DNA of 64,000 bases from assembly GCA_963727625.1 (NCBI GenBank), contig CAVSHR010000005.1, positions 32,001 through 96,000 on the forward strand, written 5' to 3'. A program made the position numbers and the translations under genes. The stretch is from an uncultured delta proteobacterium. Lineage in GTDB: Bacteria > Desulfobacterota > Binatia > UBA9968. Of the stretch, positions 8,583-19,103 are shown in pieces (the first letter of the stretch is position 1; each line of letters starts with the position of its first letter). The notes below the pieces were generated by a model. It was given only the letters and a program-made list of their open reading frames with translations. It did no database searches and was not told the origin of the DNA.

Positions 8583-9848
8583 CTAATTCCTCTCCGTCGC
8601 AGTCTGCGAGCTCACGGCTCTGGCACTCGCCCAAACGACAAACACTGAAACGGTTAAACATGCCAGCGACACCCAGAATGGAATCGTATAGCTATGGGTC
8701 ATGTCAAAAAGAAAACCGCCGAGCCATGCCCCCACCGCGCCGCCCAGACCGATGCTAAACGTGAAATAGCCGAAGATCGCGCCGAAGTGCTTGCCGTGAA
8801 AAATATCGGCGGAAATCGCCGACAGCACCAGCGCGCGGGAGCCTTGGCCGAGACCGTAGCAAACCGCGTAGGTGTAGAGCAGCCACGGCGAAGAGGTGTC
8901 ATGCACTGCCAGCAAGGCGAGAATGCCTACGGCGGAAATCACCTGCACCCAGGTAAATACCATCTGGCGATTCATCACGTCGGCGAGATAGCCGAACAAA
9001 AGGCGGCCGCCGATGCTAATCACGCCCAGGAGCCCGAAGATCGATGCGGCGAACACTTTGGCGTACCCGACGTCCACCGCGTGTGCGATCTGATGGGTGA
9101 CGATGACCTGATTGCCCATGCTCGCCAGGGTGCGCGCGATGAATAGGAGCCAGAACGCCGAGTTGGTCAGCGCGCGTTTGACCGTCCAGTCGGCTTGAAC
9201 GGGAGCGTCTTTTTGCGCCGGGGTCACCGGCGGCGTTACTTCGGCCGGCTTGCTCGAGCGCGCCGAAGGCAGAAACAACTGCACCGGCGGTATCACCAGC
9301 AAAACCGTGATCACCGCCAAACCGAGGTAGGCCGACGACCAACCCCATTGGTCGATCATCAGCTGGGTCACCGGCACCAGCAAGACGATGCCGACGCCGC
9401 CGCCGGCCCAGGCGATGCCGAGCGCGGTGCCGCGGCGCTGGGGAAACTCGCGCGAGATAATTGCGACATGGGGCACCATGCCGATCAGGGCAATACCCGC
9501 GGCGCTGACGATGCCGATCCAAAGATAAAATTGCCAGAGCGCGGAAACCGTCGATGCCAGACCCAATCCGACGCAGAGTATCATTCCACCGGAGATGAGA
9601 GTCTTGCGCGCGCCGAGCCGGTCGATCAAACCGCCGGCGTAAGGCAAACAGGCGCCTTCGAAAATGATCGCCAGCGAGATCACCCCGGCGGTGGCGGCCC
9701 GGGACCAGCCGAAGGCATCGAGCATGGCGACGAAGAACACACCGAAGGTACCGTGCAGGCCGCGCCCCACGCCGATGTGCAGAAACGCCAGGGCGACCAG
9801 GCCGTAACGCCGCACCGCTTCCTTCCAAGATGTCGTGCCTTGAGCCAT
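8583..9848 (-). CDS. MFS transporter
   Basis: ~12 hydrophobic segments; motif A G.LIDRLGAR and G.LAD..NR. Confidence 0.9.
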   Translation of the reverse strand: MAQGTTSWKEAVRRYGLVALAFLHIGVGRGLHGTFGVFFVAMLDAFGWSRAATAGVISLAIIFEGACLPYAGGLIDRLGARKTLISGGMILCVGLGLASTVSALWQFYLWIGIVSAAGIALIGMVPHVAIISREFPQRRGTALGIAWAGGGVGIVLLVPVTQLMIDQWGWSSAYLGLAVITVLLVIPPVQLFLPSARSSKPAEVTPPVTPAQKDAPVQADWTVKRALTNSAFWLLFIARTLASMGNQVIVTHQIAHAVDVGYAKVFAASIFGLLGVISIGGRLLFGYLADVMNRQMVFTWVQVISAVGILALLAVHDTSSPWLLYTYAVCYGLGQGSRALVLSAISADIFHGKHFGAIFGYFTFSIGLGGAVGAWLGGFLFDMTHSYTIPFWVSLACLTVSVFVVWASARAVSSQTATERN

Positions 9849-9903
9849 GCTTTAAAAAATAATGCATACTCTCAGGGCGGGCGAATGTCTAATGGACGCG
9901 GAG

Positions 9904-10791
9904 TTATTTTAGCAGCAGCGGCGCAACCGCTCGGGCCATGGCGGAATTTTGATGGCCGGCGCCGGGAACGGTCTCAATCTGCCAATTGAACGGGGCATCG
10001 AGCCGCGCCGCGGCAAGCTCTGCTTGACGAAAAAAATTGCGACCTCGTTCCAACCGCTGGGTTCCTTGCTGCATTGCCGCCGCGCTGCGATTGAGCCACC
10101 GATGGTTCGGATCGCTGTCGTTCTCGCCCAGGGCGATCACCAGTTTCTTGCCGAACGCGAGCTTCAAATCTTCCGGCGTTATCCCGGTGCCCTTCAAGCC
10201 GTAGGGGAAGTCCACGGCGAAATCGGGCATGGTGTACCAGCCGGCGTTGGCGGCAACCGCGATCGCCACGCGCGCTCGCGGATTGAAAAGCACCAGCCGG
10301 TGCACGAACTGGGCCCCCGCCGAGTGGCCGTAGATGCGATAGTTTTCAGTTTTGACGCCGACGATCCTGCGCGCGTAATCGAAAATCTGCTCGATCACCG
10401 CAAACGCGCTGTCGTTCGATAGTTCGGAACCGCCGCCTGTCGACGCGATATTGCCGAGGTTGTAAGATCGCCGGCCGGGAAACAGCTCGGCGGAAAATTC
10501 CGGCGCCAGCAAGAGCGCCTGGAACCGCTCCGCGTAACCCTGCCATTCATCGCGATAGCGTTTGGCGTCGCGCTGCGTGCCATGCATGGCGAAAAACACC
10601 GGGGCACGGGGCGCTAAATCTTTGGGCCGGTAGCTCCAGACGGTCATCGGCCGACTGGCTTCTTTGGTTCGGTAATTAAAATTAAAACGGGCCGCACCGG
10701 TCTCGACAACGGCAGCGCCGGCGGCAGCCGCGGACCGAAAAACTCCGAAGAGGCACAGGACAAACGCCGCGGCGGCGGTCAATGGTCTCAT
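9904..10791 (-). CDS. Secreted alpha/beta hydrolase
   Basis: Signal peptide (..AAAAG), HG, GHSAG nucleophile elbow, C-terminal VPG.GH; start uncertain (10791 or 10824). Confidence 0.8.
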   Translation of the reverse strand: MRPLTAAAAFVLCLFGVFRSAAAAGAAVVETGAARFNFNYRTKEASRPMTVWSYRPKDLAPRAPVFFAMHGTQRDAKRYRDEWQGYAERFQALLLAPEFSAELFPGRRSYNLGNIASTGGGSELSNDSAFAVIEQIFDYARRIVGVKTENYRIYGHSAGAQFVHRLVLFNPRARVAIAVAANAGWYTMPDFAVDFPYGLKGTGITPEDLKLAFGKKLVIALGENDSDPNHRWLNRSAAAMQQGTQRLERGRNFFRQAELAAARLDAPFNWQIETVPGAGHQNSAMARAVAPLLLK

Positions 10792-10801
10792 CGCAGCGCC
10801 G

Positions 10802-11584
10802 CTATTTCTTGTCTTGGAATTCAAAAGTCATGTTGGCGGTCTCGCCGGGTTTCACTTCGACGGTTTGGGTCGCCTTGCCCAGTTTCTCATGCCACGCCTC
10901 CAGCCGGTATTTTCCCGCCGGCACGTCGGTGAGCTTGAAGGCGCCGGCGGCGTTACTGACGGCGAAGAAGACATTGTCGGTCACCACGATCCAGCCGCTC
11001 ATCCAGCCGTGCACGTCGCAGCGCACCGCGATGATTTCCGGCTTGGTGAAGGTCTTGCTGATCTCTTTGAGATATTTCGGCTGAGCGCGATTAAACGGCG
11101 GATTGGCCTTGCTCACCGTGTGCACGTTGTGCAGGATGCCGTCGCTGTTTTTGATCGTGACCTTCGTGGCGGTCGGGATAACCAGGACATGCGGCACATA
11201 CTGGCACTTTTCTTGATCGAGCTCGGCTTCCTGCGCCGGGCTCTTGCCCTGGCGCAAATCCGCAATCTGGATGACTGCGTTCTGCAGACCGCCGCCGGCG
11301 CCGACCAGCAGCGTCGGGTCCTGCTGAGAGTCGCCGCACACCTCCCGGTCTTTACTGATCGATAGCTTGCCCGGGCTGTAATCTCCCGTGAAAACAACTT
11401 TGCCCGCAATCGAGCCGTTGCCTTGCACCGCGGCGATCGACTTGCTTCGCGCCTCTCCTACCGGTTCGGCTTTCGTTGCCGCGGACTCTTTCGGCGTATT
11501 TGAACGGTCTTCTTCTTTAGAACAACCGGCAAAATTGAATAGGAAAACAATGGCGATGGGAACGATTAAACCTGATAGCTTCAT
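10802..11584 (-). CDS. Lipoprotein with cupredoxin-like and carboxypeptidase-regulatory-like domains
   Basis: Lipobox FAGC; DQ..C.Y.PHV, N.D...HNVH, CDVH.WM (type-1 Cu-like ligands); VPAG.Y.L.AWHE. Confidence 0.75.
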   Translation of the reverse strand: MKLSGLIVPIAIVFLFNFAGCSKEEDRSNTPKESAATKAEPVGEARSKSIAAVQGNGSIAGKVVFTGDYSPGKLSISKDREVCGDSQQDPTLLVGAGGGLQNAVIQIADLRQGKSPAQEAELDQEKCQYVPHVLVIPTATKVTIKNSDGILHNVHTVSKANPPFNRAQPKYLKEISKTFTKPEIIAVRCDVHGWMSGWIVVTDNVFFAVSNAAGAFKLTDVPAGKYRLEAWHEKLGKATQTVEVKPGETANMTFEFQDKK

Positions 11585-11645
11585 GCCCTGCCTCCGTGTT
11601 CAATCCAGCATATAAAACTTCGCGCTCCATTCAAGCCGAAACGAA

Positions 11646-13070
11646 TCAAGCATGAGCCGCGCTTTTGCCGCGCAAGGCCGAGCAAAACAGTGCCACCAGC
11701 GCCATCCCTCCGCCTACTAGAAAACTGAAATTCATCGCCTGGACGAAGACAGCGGGGTTGCTCGGCGTCGGCGTGGCCGCGGCGTCGCCGCTGTAGTAGC
11801 GAAACGCGGCGGTCAAAAGCAGGGTGCCCAAGGACACGCCGAAGGTGGTGCCGAGACCGAACATCACGTAAATCGCGCCGGTGGCCACGCCGCGGTGTTG
11901 CGGCGGCACCGAGCCGATCATCGCCGTGTGGTTCGAGGTAAAAAACAGCGCCGTCGCCAAGCCCCACAACCCCAGCACACCCACGCTAGCGATCCAGTGC
12001 GAATCGGGACGCAGGAAAGATCCGGAAAAACCGGCGCCGGCCAGAAATGCGATTCCCACCGTCGCCGGCAGCCGCGGGCCCATTCTATCGACCGCCCAAC
12101 CGACCGCGGGCGACAGCGTCACGGTGAAGATCGGCGCGCTGACGAACAACAAGCCGATAAACGATGGCGTCAAATGCAAAACATCTTGGAGATAGAACGG
12201 CAGGACGAAGCCGATCATCACCTGCGACACGCCGACCAGCAAGAGCGCCAGGCTGCTGAGCGAAAACATGCGGATGCGGAACAGCGACAGATCGAGGATC
12301 GGGCTCGGCGTGGTCCACTCGCGAAGGATAAAGCCGCCGAAAAAAACCACGAAGCCAAGCAGCAGCGCGACCCGCAGCGCCGGCTCCAGCGCTTCCATGA
12401 TTCGATGGTCGATGCAGGAAACCAGCGCCACCGTGGCGCCGATCAGTAACAGCGCGCCGAGATAATCGATCGCGCCATTTGCATCCGCCGGCGCCACCCG
12501 CGGCGGCGTGTTGCCCTTCCAGCGGTTGATCAGGGTCAGCACGATGCCGGCCAGCGCGATCGGGATCAGAACGAAGAACACCGCGCGCCAATGGATGTAA
12601 TCGATGAGCAGACCGCCGACGCTCGGGCCGATCAGCACGCCCGAATGAAACGCCGTGGTCATGTAACCTTGCGACCGCCCAGACGATTCCTTCGGCAGCG
12701 CTTCCATCGCCAGCGCCCGCCCCTGGGACTGGGTCATCGACGCGCCCACGCCTTGGACAAATCGAAACAGGATGAGCTGGGTGACGTTTTGCGACAAGCC
12801 GCAGAGCAGCGCGGCGATGGACGAAACCACCAGCCCAAGACCGAACAGCGTATGCCGGCCGTACATATCCCCGATGCGGCCGAAGATGAGCGACAAGCTG
12901 ATCTGCGAAATCTGGTAGGCGATCACCGCCCAGGCGATGCCGACGATCGTGGTTTCTAGACTAGCCGCGACCGTGGGGAGGGAAACGGAAAAGATCCGAC
13001 TGGCGGTGCCGGCTAGAAAATTGCCGAGCGCCGCGTTGATGAGCAGCAGCCAATTGATGCGTGAATCCAT
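11646..13070 (-). CDS. MFS transporter, DHA2/EmrB-QacA-like
   Basis: G.IGD.YGR, LILFRFVQGVG, GP.VGG.L, IDYLGA, P.LDLSLFR. Confidence 0.88.
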   Translation of the reverse strand: MDSRINWLLLINAALGNFLAGTASRIFSVSLPTVAASLETTIVGIAWAVIAYQISQISLSLIFGRIGDMYGRHTLFGLGLVVSSIAALLCGLSQNVTQLILFRFVQGVGASMTQSQGRALAMEALPKESSGRSQGYMTTAFHSGVLIGPSVGGLLIDYIHWRAVFFVLIPIALAGIVLTLINRWKGNTPPRVAPADANGAIDYLGALLLIGATVALVSCIDHRIMEALEPALRVALLLGFVVFFGGFILREWTTPSPILDLSLFRIRMFSLSSLALLLVGVSQVMIGFVLPFYLQDVLHLTPSFIGLLFVSAPIFTVTLSPAVGWAVDRMGPRLPATVGIAFLAGAGFSGSFLRPDSHWIASVGVLGLWGLATALFFTSNHTAMIGSVPPQHRGVATGAIYVMFGLGTTFGVSLGTLLLTAAFRYYSGDAAATPTPSNPAVFVQAMNFSFLVGGGMALVALFCSALRGKSAAHA

Positions 13071-13161
13071 GCCGAATTTTTTTTGGAGCTCGTGAGTTGA
13101 GAGACCGAACGAGCCGCTTGCCGCGGCCACCCGTCGCCACCCCACCGCGTAATATTCTTTA

Positions 13162-13560
13162 CTACCAATGCTTGTCTACCAGCTCGATGCAAAACTCAAG
13201 CGCGGCTTCGATTTCGCGCTGTGAAATTGCCCGCACGGGCAGCACGTCAGCGCGGCGATGATGAATTTTTTGCAACCCCACGGCCTCCGCGCGACTGATT
13301 AATTTGCGCTCCAGCGCGGCCACCAGCAACACCGGCAGCGTCTCAGCCGACCATGGAGAGCGTTTGAGGCGCGCCTTGAGCCAGTCTTCGACCGCCTGAT
13401 CGCAGAGCACCAGCACGTCGCGGGCCGAAAGGTCGTCGCTCGACCAGCCGCTCAACGCCCGGCTGAGCGTGCGTATCGCCCGTCCTTCGGCCGAATGATG
13501 GCCTTTGACTTTTTCTTTTTCAGAGAGGTTTGCGAAAACTTCTTGAGCGTTGAAAGCCAT
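13162..13560 (-). CDS. Hypothetical protein, possible HEPN-like helical domain
   Basis: DQAVEDWLKA resembles the HEPN QAvEk.LKA helix; there is no intact Rx4-6H motif. Confidence 0.55.
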   Translation of the reverse strand: MAFNAQEVFANLSEKEKVKGHHSAEGRAIRTLSRALSGWSSDDLSARDVLVLCDQAVEDWLKARLKRSPWSAETLPVLLVAALERKLISRAEAVGLQKIHHRRADVLPVRAISQREIEAALEFCIELVDKHW

Positions 13561-13870
13561 GGATAATCACCGCAACGAATGATTTTACCACAGCGTTCCC
13601 AGAGCGGCAGAGCCGCAAGCAAAGGAGAAAGCCCTATTTCTCCACAGGCGCAGAGTTCGGAGTCTTTCTCGATAGAAAAATCTTTCCTCGGCGTACTCCA
13701 CGCCTCGGCGGTGAACCATTCGAAGTCTTGCTGCGATTCGCGCCTTTCCAAGGCTGATCAGAAGAGGGTTTAACCGGGGCTCTTACTTTTTCTGTGCTTT
13801 GCGTTTTTCACGGGGAAATGATTTCGTATATTTGCTGCGCGACTTTAACATTTTGCGAGAGGAGATTGTT

Positions 13871-14869
13871 TTGAGATTTCTTACCGCGATCCTAGTCCTA
13901 TTGTTGCAACTCCATTTCGTCGGCCCGAGCTGGTCCGCCGAAGCCCAGAAGCTTGAGAAGCTGCTCATCGGTTACCCCGCCCCCGTGGCTTCCCTCGGCA
14001 TCCTCGAGGTGATGCGGAGAGCGGGCTTGTTCAAAAAGAACGGTCTCGACGTCGATCTGGTCTATATTCAAGGCAGTCCTATTTTAACGACCGCTATGGT
14101 CTCGGGCCAGGTGCCGATGAGTTTTATCGGCGGCGCGGCGATTGTCGCTTCCGCTGTCGGCGGCGCCGACACGGTCTATCTCGCCTGCGGCATCAACACG
14201 CTTTACTGGCGCGTCTTTTCGACGCCCGGCATCAAAACCGTCGCCGATCTTAAAGGTAAGAAAATCGGCGTCACCACCATCGGCTCCCAGGAAGACAGCG
14301 TCATCCGATTCATCCTGAAGGAGCGTGGCTTGAACCCCGATCGCGACTTCGCGGTGGTCGCCGTGGGTGGCGCGCCCACGCGCTTGGCCGCCCTGAGCAA
14401 AGGGGTCGTGCAAGCATCCACGTTCATCCCGCCGCAGGACATCGCGGCGGAAAAGCTCGGCTTGCACGTGCTGATCGACATGAGCACCCTCGGCCTCTAC
14501 AATCCCGGCAGCTGTTTCGCCAGCACCAAGAGCTACGTCAGGACCCATCGCGACACCGTGATGAAGGTGATTAAAACCTTCGTCGAAGGGCTGCGTTACT
14601 ACAAAGAAAATCGAGAATTTGTTTTGAAGGTTACTGCCGATTTTGCAAAGAATCGTGATCCCAACGTGCTCAACCAGACCTACGATGTGGTCACGCGGCA
14701 CCAAGACCGCGTCCCCGACGTCAACATGAAGGGCATCGAGTTCATGCTGAAAACCCTGGAGCTGCGCGATCCGCGCGCCAAGACTTTCGATCCCGCCAGC
14801 GTGGTCGATTCGAGCTTCCTCCAAGAGCTTGAGAAGAGCGGCTTCATCGACTCCGTCTGGAAAAAGTGA
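13871..14869 (+). CDS. NitT/TauT-family ABC substrate-binding protein
   Basis: GLFKKNGLDV, DLKGKKIGV..IGS, RLAAL..G; TTG start after GAGGAG (ORF track start 13799). Confidence 0.88.
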   Translation: MRFLTAILVLLLQLHFVGPSWSAEAQKLEKLLIGYPAPVASLGILEVMRRAGLFKKNGLDVDLVYIQGSPILTTAMVSGQVPMSFIGGAAIVASAVGGADTVYLACGINTLYWRVFSTPGIKTVADLKGKKIGVTTIGSQEDSVIRFILKERGLNPDRDFAVVAVGGAPTRLAALSKGVVQASTFIPPQDIAAEKLGLHVLIDMSTLGLYNPGSCFASTKSYVRTHRDTVMKVIKTFVEGLRYYKENREFVLKVTADFAKNRDPNVLNQTYDVVTRHQDRVPDVNMKGIEFMLKTLELRDPRAKTFDPASVVDSSFLQELEKSGFIDSVWKK

Positions 14870-14958
14870 AGTAAACGACCGTGAGGTGTAAACGCTAACA
14901 AGCAAGTGCTTCTCTTTTTATTACTCGCGCCTCAAGCCTCGTGCCTCGCGCCTAAAAC

Positions 14959-16491
14959 ATGAACATCGGCGAATCCCTCCCGCGCAACGCCCAGCACTTT
15001 CCCGGCAAGCGCGCCATCGTCGACGCGCACCACACGGTCACGTACGAAGAATTTCACCTGGGCACCAACCGCCTGGCGAACTATTTACTCAAGCAAGGTG
15101 TCAGCAAAGGCGACTTGGTGGGCCTCTCCTGCGGCAGCCGCGCCGAACATTTCGAAACGCTCTTCGCCGTCGCCAAGATCGGCGCCGTCGCTGTTCCCTT
15201 CGATTTCAATTGGAGCACCCAGGAGTGCGAAGCGATGCTGCGCTTTTTCGCGCCCAAGGCCTTTCTTGTGGAATCGCGCAAAGAAACCGAAGCTCTGACC
15301 AACATTGCCCGCGGGCACGTAAAGCGAAACAACCTCCTTATGATCGGCTCACCTTTGTCCGGTCACACAAAGCCGGTCGAAGCGTCGCTTTTCGAAACGG
15401 CAATCGGTCAAAGCGACCCCAGCGACCCTCAAGTTCATGTGGCGGGCCTGGATCCCTTTCTGCTCATGATCACATCGGGCACCACGGGGTTTCCCAAGGC
15501 GTGCAGCATTAACCATGAAACCTATTCGCTGCGCTGCATGAACTACGGCATGACCAAGGGGATGAACAAAGACGAGCGAGCGCTCATGACGCTGCCGGTC
15601 CACTTCAACGCCGGCCGCGGCTCGGTCATGAGTATCCTGTACCTCGGCGGGACGATTTTCATTCAGGAGAAGTTCGACGCGACTTTGTTTTTAGAAACAA
15701 TCGAGCGCGAACAAATCACCTATACCATGCTCGTACCGACGCTTTGCGAGCGCTTGCTGCGCCATGAGCGCTTGGACCAATATAAAAATTCGTCGCTCCG
15801 CTATCTCGGCATCACCGGCGGACATCTTTCGAAGGAATTGGCTCGCGAAACACGCGAGCGACTGTGCGGCGATCTCTACGAAGCGTACGCGTCGACGGAT
15901 TGCGGTCAGATCACGACCATCGGCAGCCGGGACTGGGACCTGCACGCTGACACGGTCGGCACACCGATCTGGTGCGTTCTGCTGCGTATCGCCGATGACA
16001 ACGGCCGCGAAGTCCCGGTCGGCGCGGAAGGCGAGGTGTGCGTCCGCACGCCGCTCGCCATCCAGGGCTATTATCGAAACGAGCAGGCGACGGCGGAATT
16101 CCTCGCCGGCGGCTGGTGCCACACCGGCGACATCGGTTTTGTCGACGACCGTGGCTACCTGCACATCTCCGGGCGCAAAAAGAACATGATCAAAAGCGGC
16201 GGCATCAGCGTCTTTCCCGAAGAGATCGAAGAAACGCTGCGCAAGCACCCCGACGTGGCCGATGCGGCGGTGATTGGTTTCAAGAACGACGAATGGGGCG
16301 AAGCCGTCAAAGCGTTTGTGGTCCTGAAGAAGGGCGCTTCCTGCGATGCCGAAGCCCTGCTGCAATTCTGCAAAGACTTTCTGGCGAGCTATAAGGCGCC
16401 CAAGGCAATCGAATTTGTCCCCGCTCTTCCGCGAACCGGTCTCGGCAAGATCGACCGCGGCAAGCTGGCAGGGGTGAACCGGACAGAGTAG
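14959..16491 (+). CDS. Acyl-CoA synthetase (class I adenylate-forming enzyme)
   Basis: TSGTTGFPK, YASTD, HTGDIG, GRKKNMIKSGG, LPRTGLGK. Confidence 0.92.
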   Translation: MNIGESLPRNAQHFPGKRAIVDAHHTVTYEEFHLGTNRLANYLLKQGVSKGDLVGLSCGSRAEHFETLFAVAKIGAVAVPFDFNWSTQECEAMLRFFAPKAFLVESRKETEALTNIARGHVKRNNLLMIGSPLSGHTKPVEASLFETAIGQSDPSDPQVHVAGLDPFLLMITSGTTGFPKACSINHETYSLRCMNYGMTKGMNKDERALMTLPVHFNAGRGSVMSILYLGGTIFIQEKFDATLFLETIEREQITYTMLVPTLCERLLRHERLDQYKNSSLRYLGITGGHLSKELARETRERLCGDLYEAYASTDCGQITTIGSRDWDLHADTVGTPIWCVLLRIADDNGREVPVGAEGEVCVRTPLAIQGYYRNEQATAEFLAGGWCHTGDIGFVDDRGYLHISGRKKNMIKSGGISVFPEEIEETLRKHPDVADAAVIGFKNDEWGEAVKAFVVLKKGASCDAEALLQFCKDFLASYKAPKAIEFVPALPRTGLGKIDRGKLAGVNRTE

Positions 16492-16543
16492 CTTGCCGCC
16501 GCGATTCGCCGACCCAAGCGTCCGCCGGCATAAGCCGCCTGCT

Positions 16544-17541
<998 letters not shown>

Positions 17542-17545
<4 letters not shown>

Positions 17546-18561
17546 TTCCCACCTCCGCTAGCGTCAAGCCCGCTATATTGACGGACGACTTCGAGCACGC
17601 GGCATGCATGACCCAGGCTCTCGTACCAGGCCAGCGCTTTGACGATTCTTTTTCCGGCCTTCAGGGTCGCGCGGGAATCGAACAGCAGGGACTGCCGGCA
17701 GCCGATGACATCCGAGGACACGATCGGATCGTCGGTCACGCCGATCAACGCCGGGTGGGCGGCCGCGGCCGCGCGCATCGCCTCGTTCACTTGCTCGACG
17801 GCAACCTTATCGTCCCGCATCACGCAGTTCACATCCAGCATCGACCCCTGCTGCACCGGCACGTTCAGGGCGTATCCGCTCAGTTTTCCGGCAAACTTCG
17901 GCAACACAAGCTCGACCCACCGAGCCGACTCGTTATTATTCGGAATGATATTTTCCGCCGCGGACCGGCTGCGGCGGAAATCCTCGTGAGCATAGTCCTG
18001 CAGCGACTGATCGCTCGAATAGGCATGGACCGTGGTCATCGTCGCGCAGTCGACTTCCAAGGCCTGATCCAGTGATTGCAATAAGAGCGCAAACGCATTG
18101 GTCGTTGCCGAACCCGCCGAAACCATTCTGTCTGCGCTCCTGGCATCGGCTTCATTGATCCCCGGTATGACGATCCGGTCGATCGGCTCCGCCGGCAAAG
18201 ACGCGAGAATCACCCGCTTGGCGCCGGCGCGCAAATGCGCCTCCATGTCCCGGCGGCGCCGATATCGGCCCGTGGCATCGACGACGCAGTCGACGTTCAG
18301 AACGTCCCAGGGAACCTCGTCCGGCCGGGCAAGCTGGAGCATTCGGATGCGGAACTTCTCGTTGACCAGGTAGTTGTCCTGAAGCTCGCAGGGCGGCTCC
18401 TCGACTCCGTCGCTTGTGAGCAGATATTCGAGGATTTCCGGTTTACCGATGTCGGCCACGGCGACGATTTCGACGTCGTCTCGTTCGAGCGCAAGATGAT
18501 AGAGGTGCCGACCGATCTGGCCCAGACCCATAATGCCGATGCGGATTTTCCCGTTACCCAT
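17542..18561 (-). CDS. GAPDH paralog lacking the catalytic Cys (putative pseudoenzyme)
   Basis: Full-length GAPDH fold (GLGQIGR, VPW, GAKRVI, TVHAYS, RRSRSAAENIIP, PIVSSDVIG) but SAGSATTNA in place of SNASCTTNC. Confidence 0.88.
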
Positions 18562-18674
18562 TTGGTCGCCTCCCTCTCTTTCGAAATTAAACTCTTAATC
18601 TTGATAATTCTATATCCGACCAGATTAAAAATCGATGAAATATTCCGGCGCCGTCGATTATCTCGACAAGCTAA

Positions 18675-18814
18675 GGTTATCTGCATATATCGGGCCGCAA
18701 AAAAATATGATCAAAAGCGGCACTGCCATCGTTAATTCCAATGAGATCGAAAAAAACCGCCGCAAAGACCCCGATGTCGCCAATGCCATGGTGATCGGTT
18801 TTAAAAGTCGGTAA
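18675..18814 (+). pseudogene. Degenerate duplicate of a 3' segment of the acyl-CoA synthetase (about 16153-16290)
   Basis: GYLHISGR(frameshift)..MIKSGTAIVNSNEIEKNRRKDPDVANAMVIGFKSR* versus GYLHISGRKKNMIKSGGISVFPEEIEETLRKHPDVADAAVIGFKND. Confidence 0.85.
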
Positions 18815-19103
18815 ATGAAATGCTGCCATGAGTACCACCTGCCGTTGCGCAATGGCGATCTTGCGCTATATATGGGTGAATCATCGCCTGACGCTCGACT
18901 TCCACCGGGAGCCGAAGCACAACCCGCCGTCTTGATGCGGAACTCATCTCATGGGGCAGCGGAATCACTGTCCGTGAGAAGGCTAGACTTCTTCGAGCGG
19001 GCCATGGTGGTAATTGGCTGCAAGATGCGCAGACGGTAGCCGATCTATCGTCTGCCGCTGCATCCGCATGCGATACGCCGCTAGAAGGAGGGATTAACCC
19101 GAG

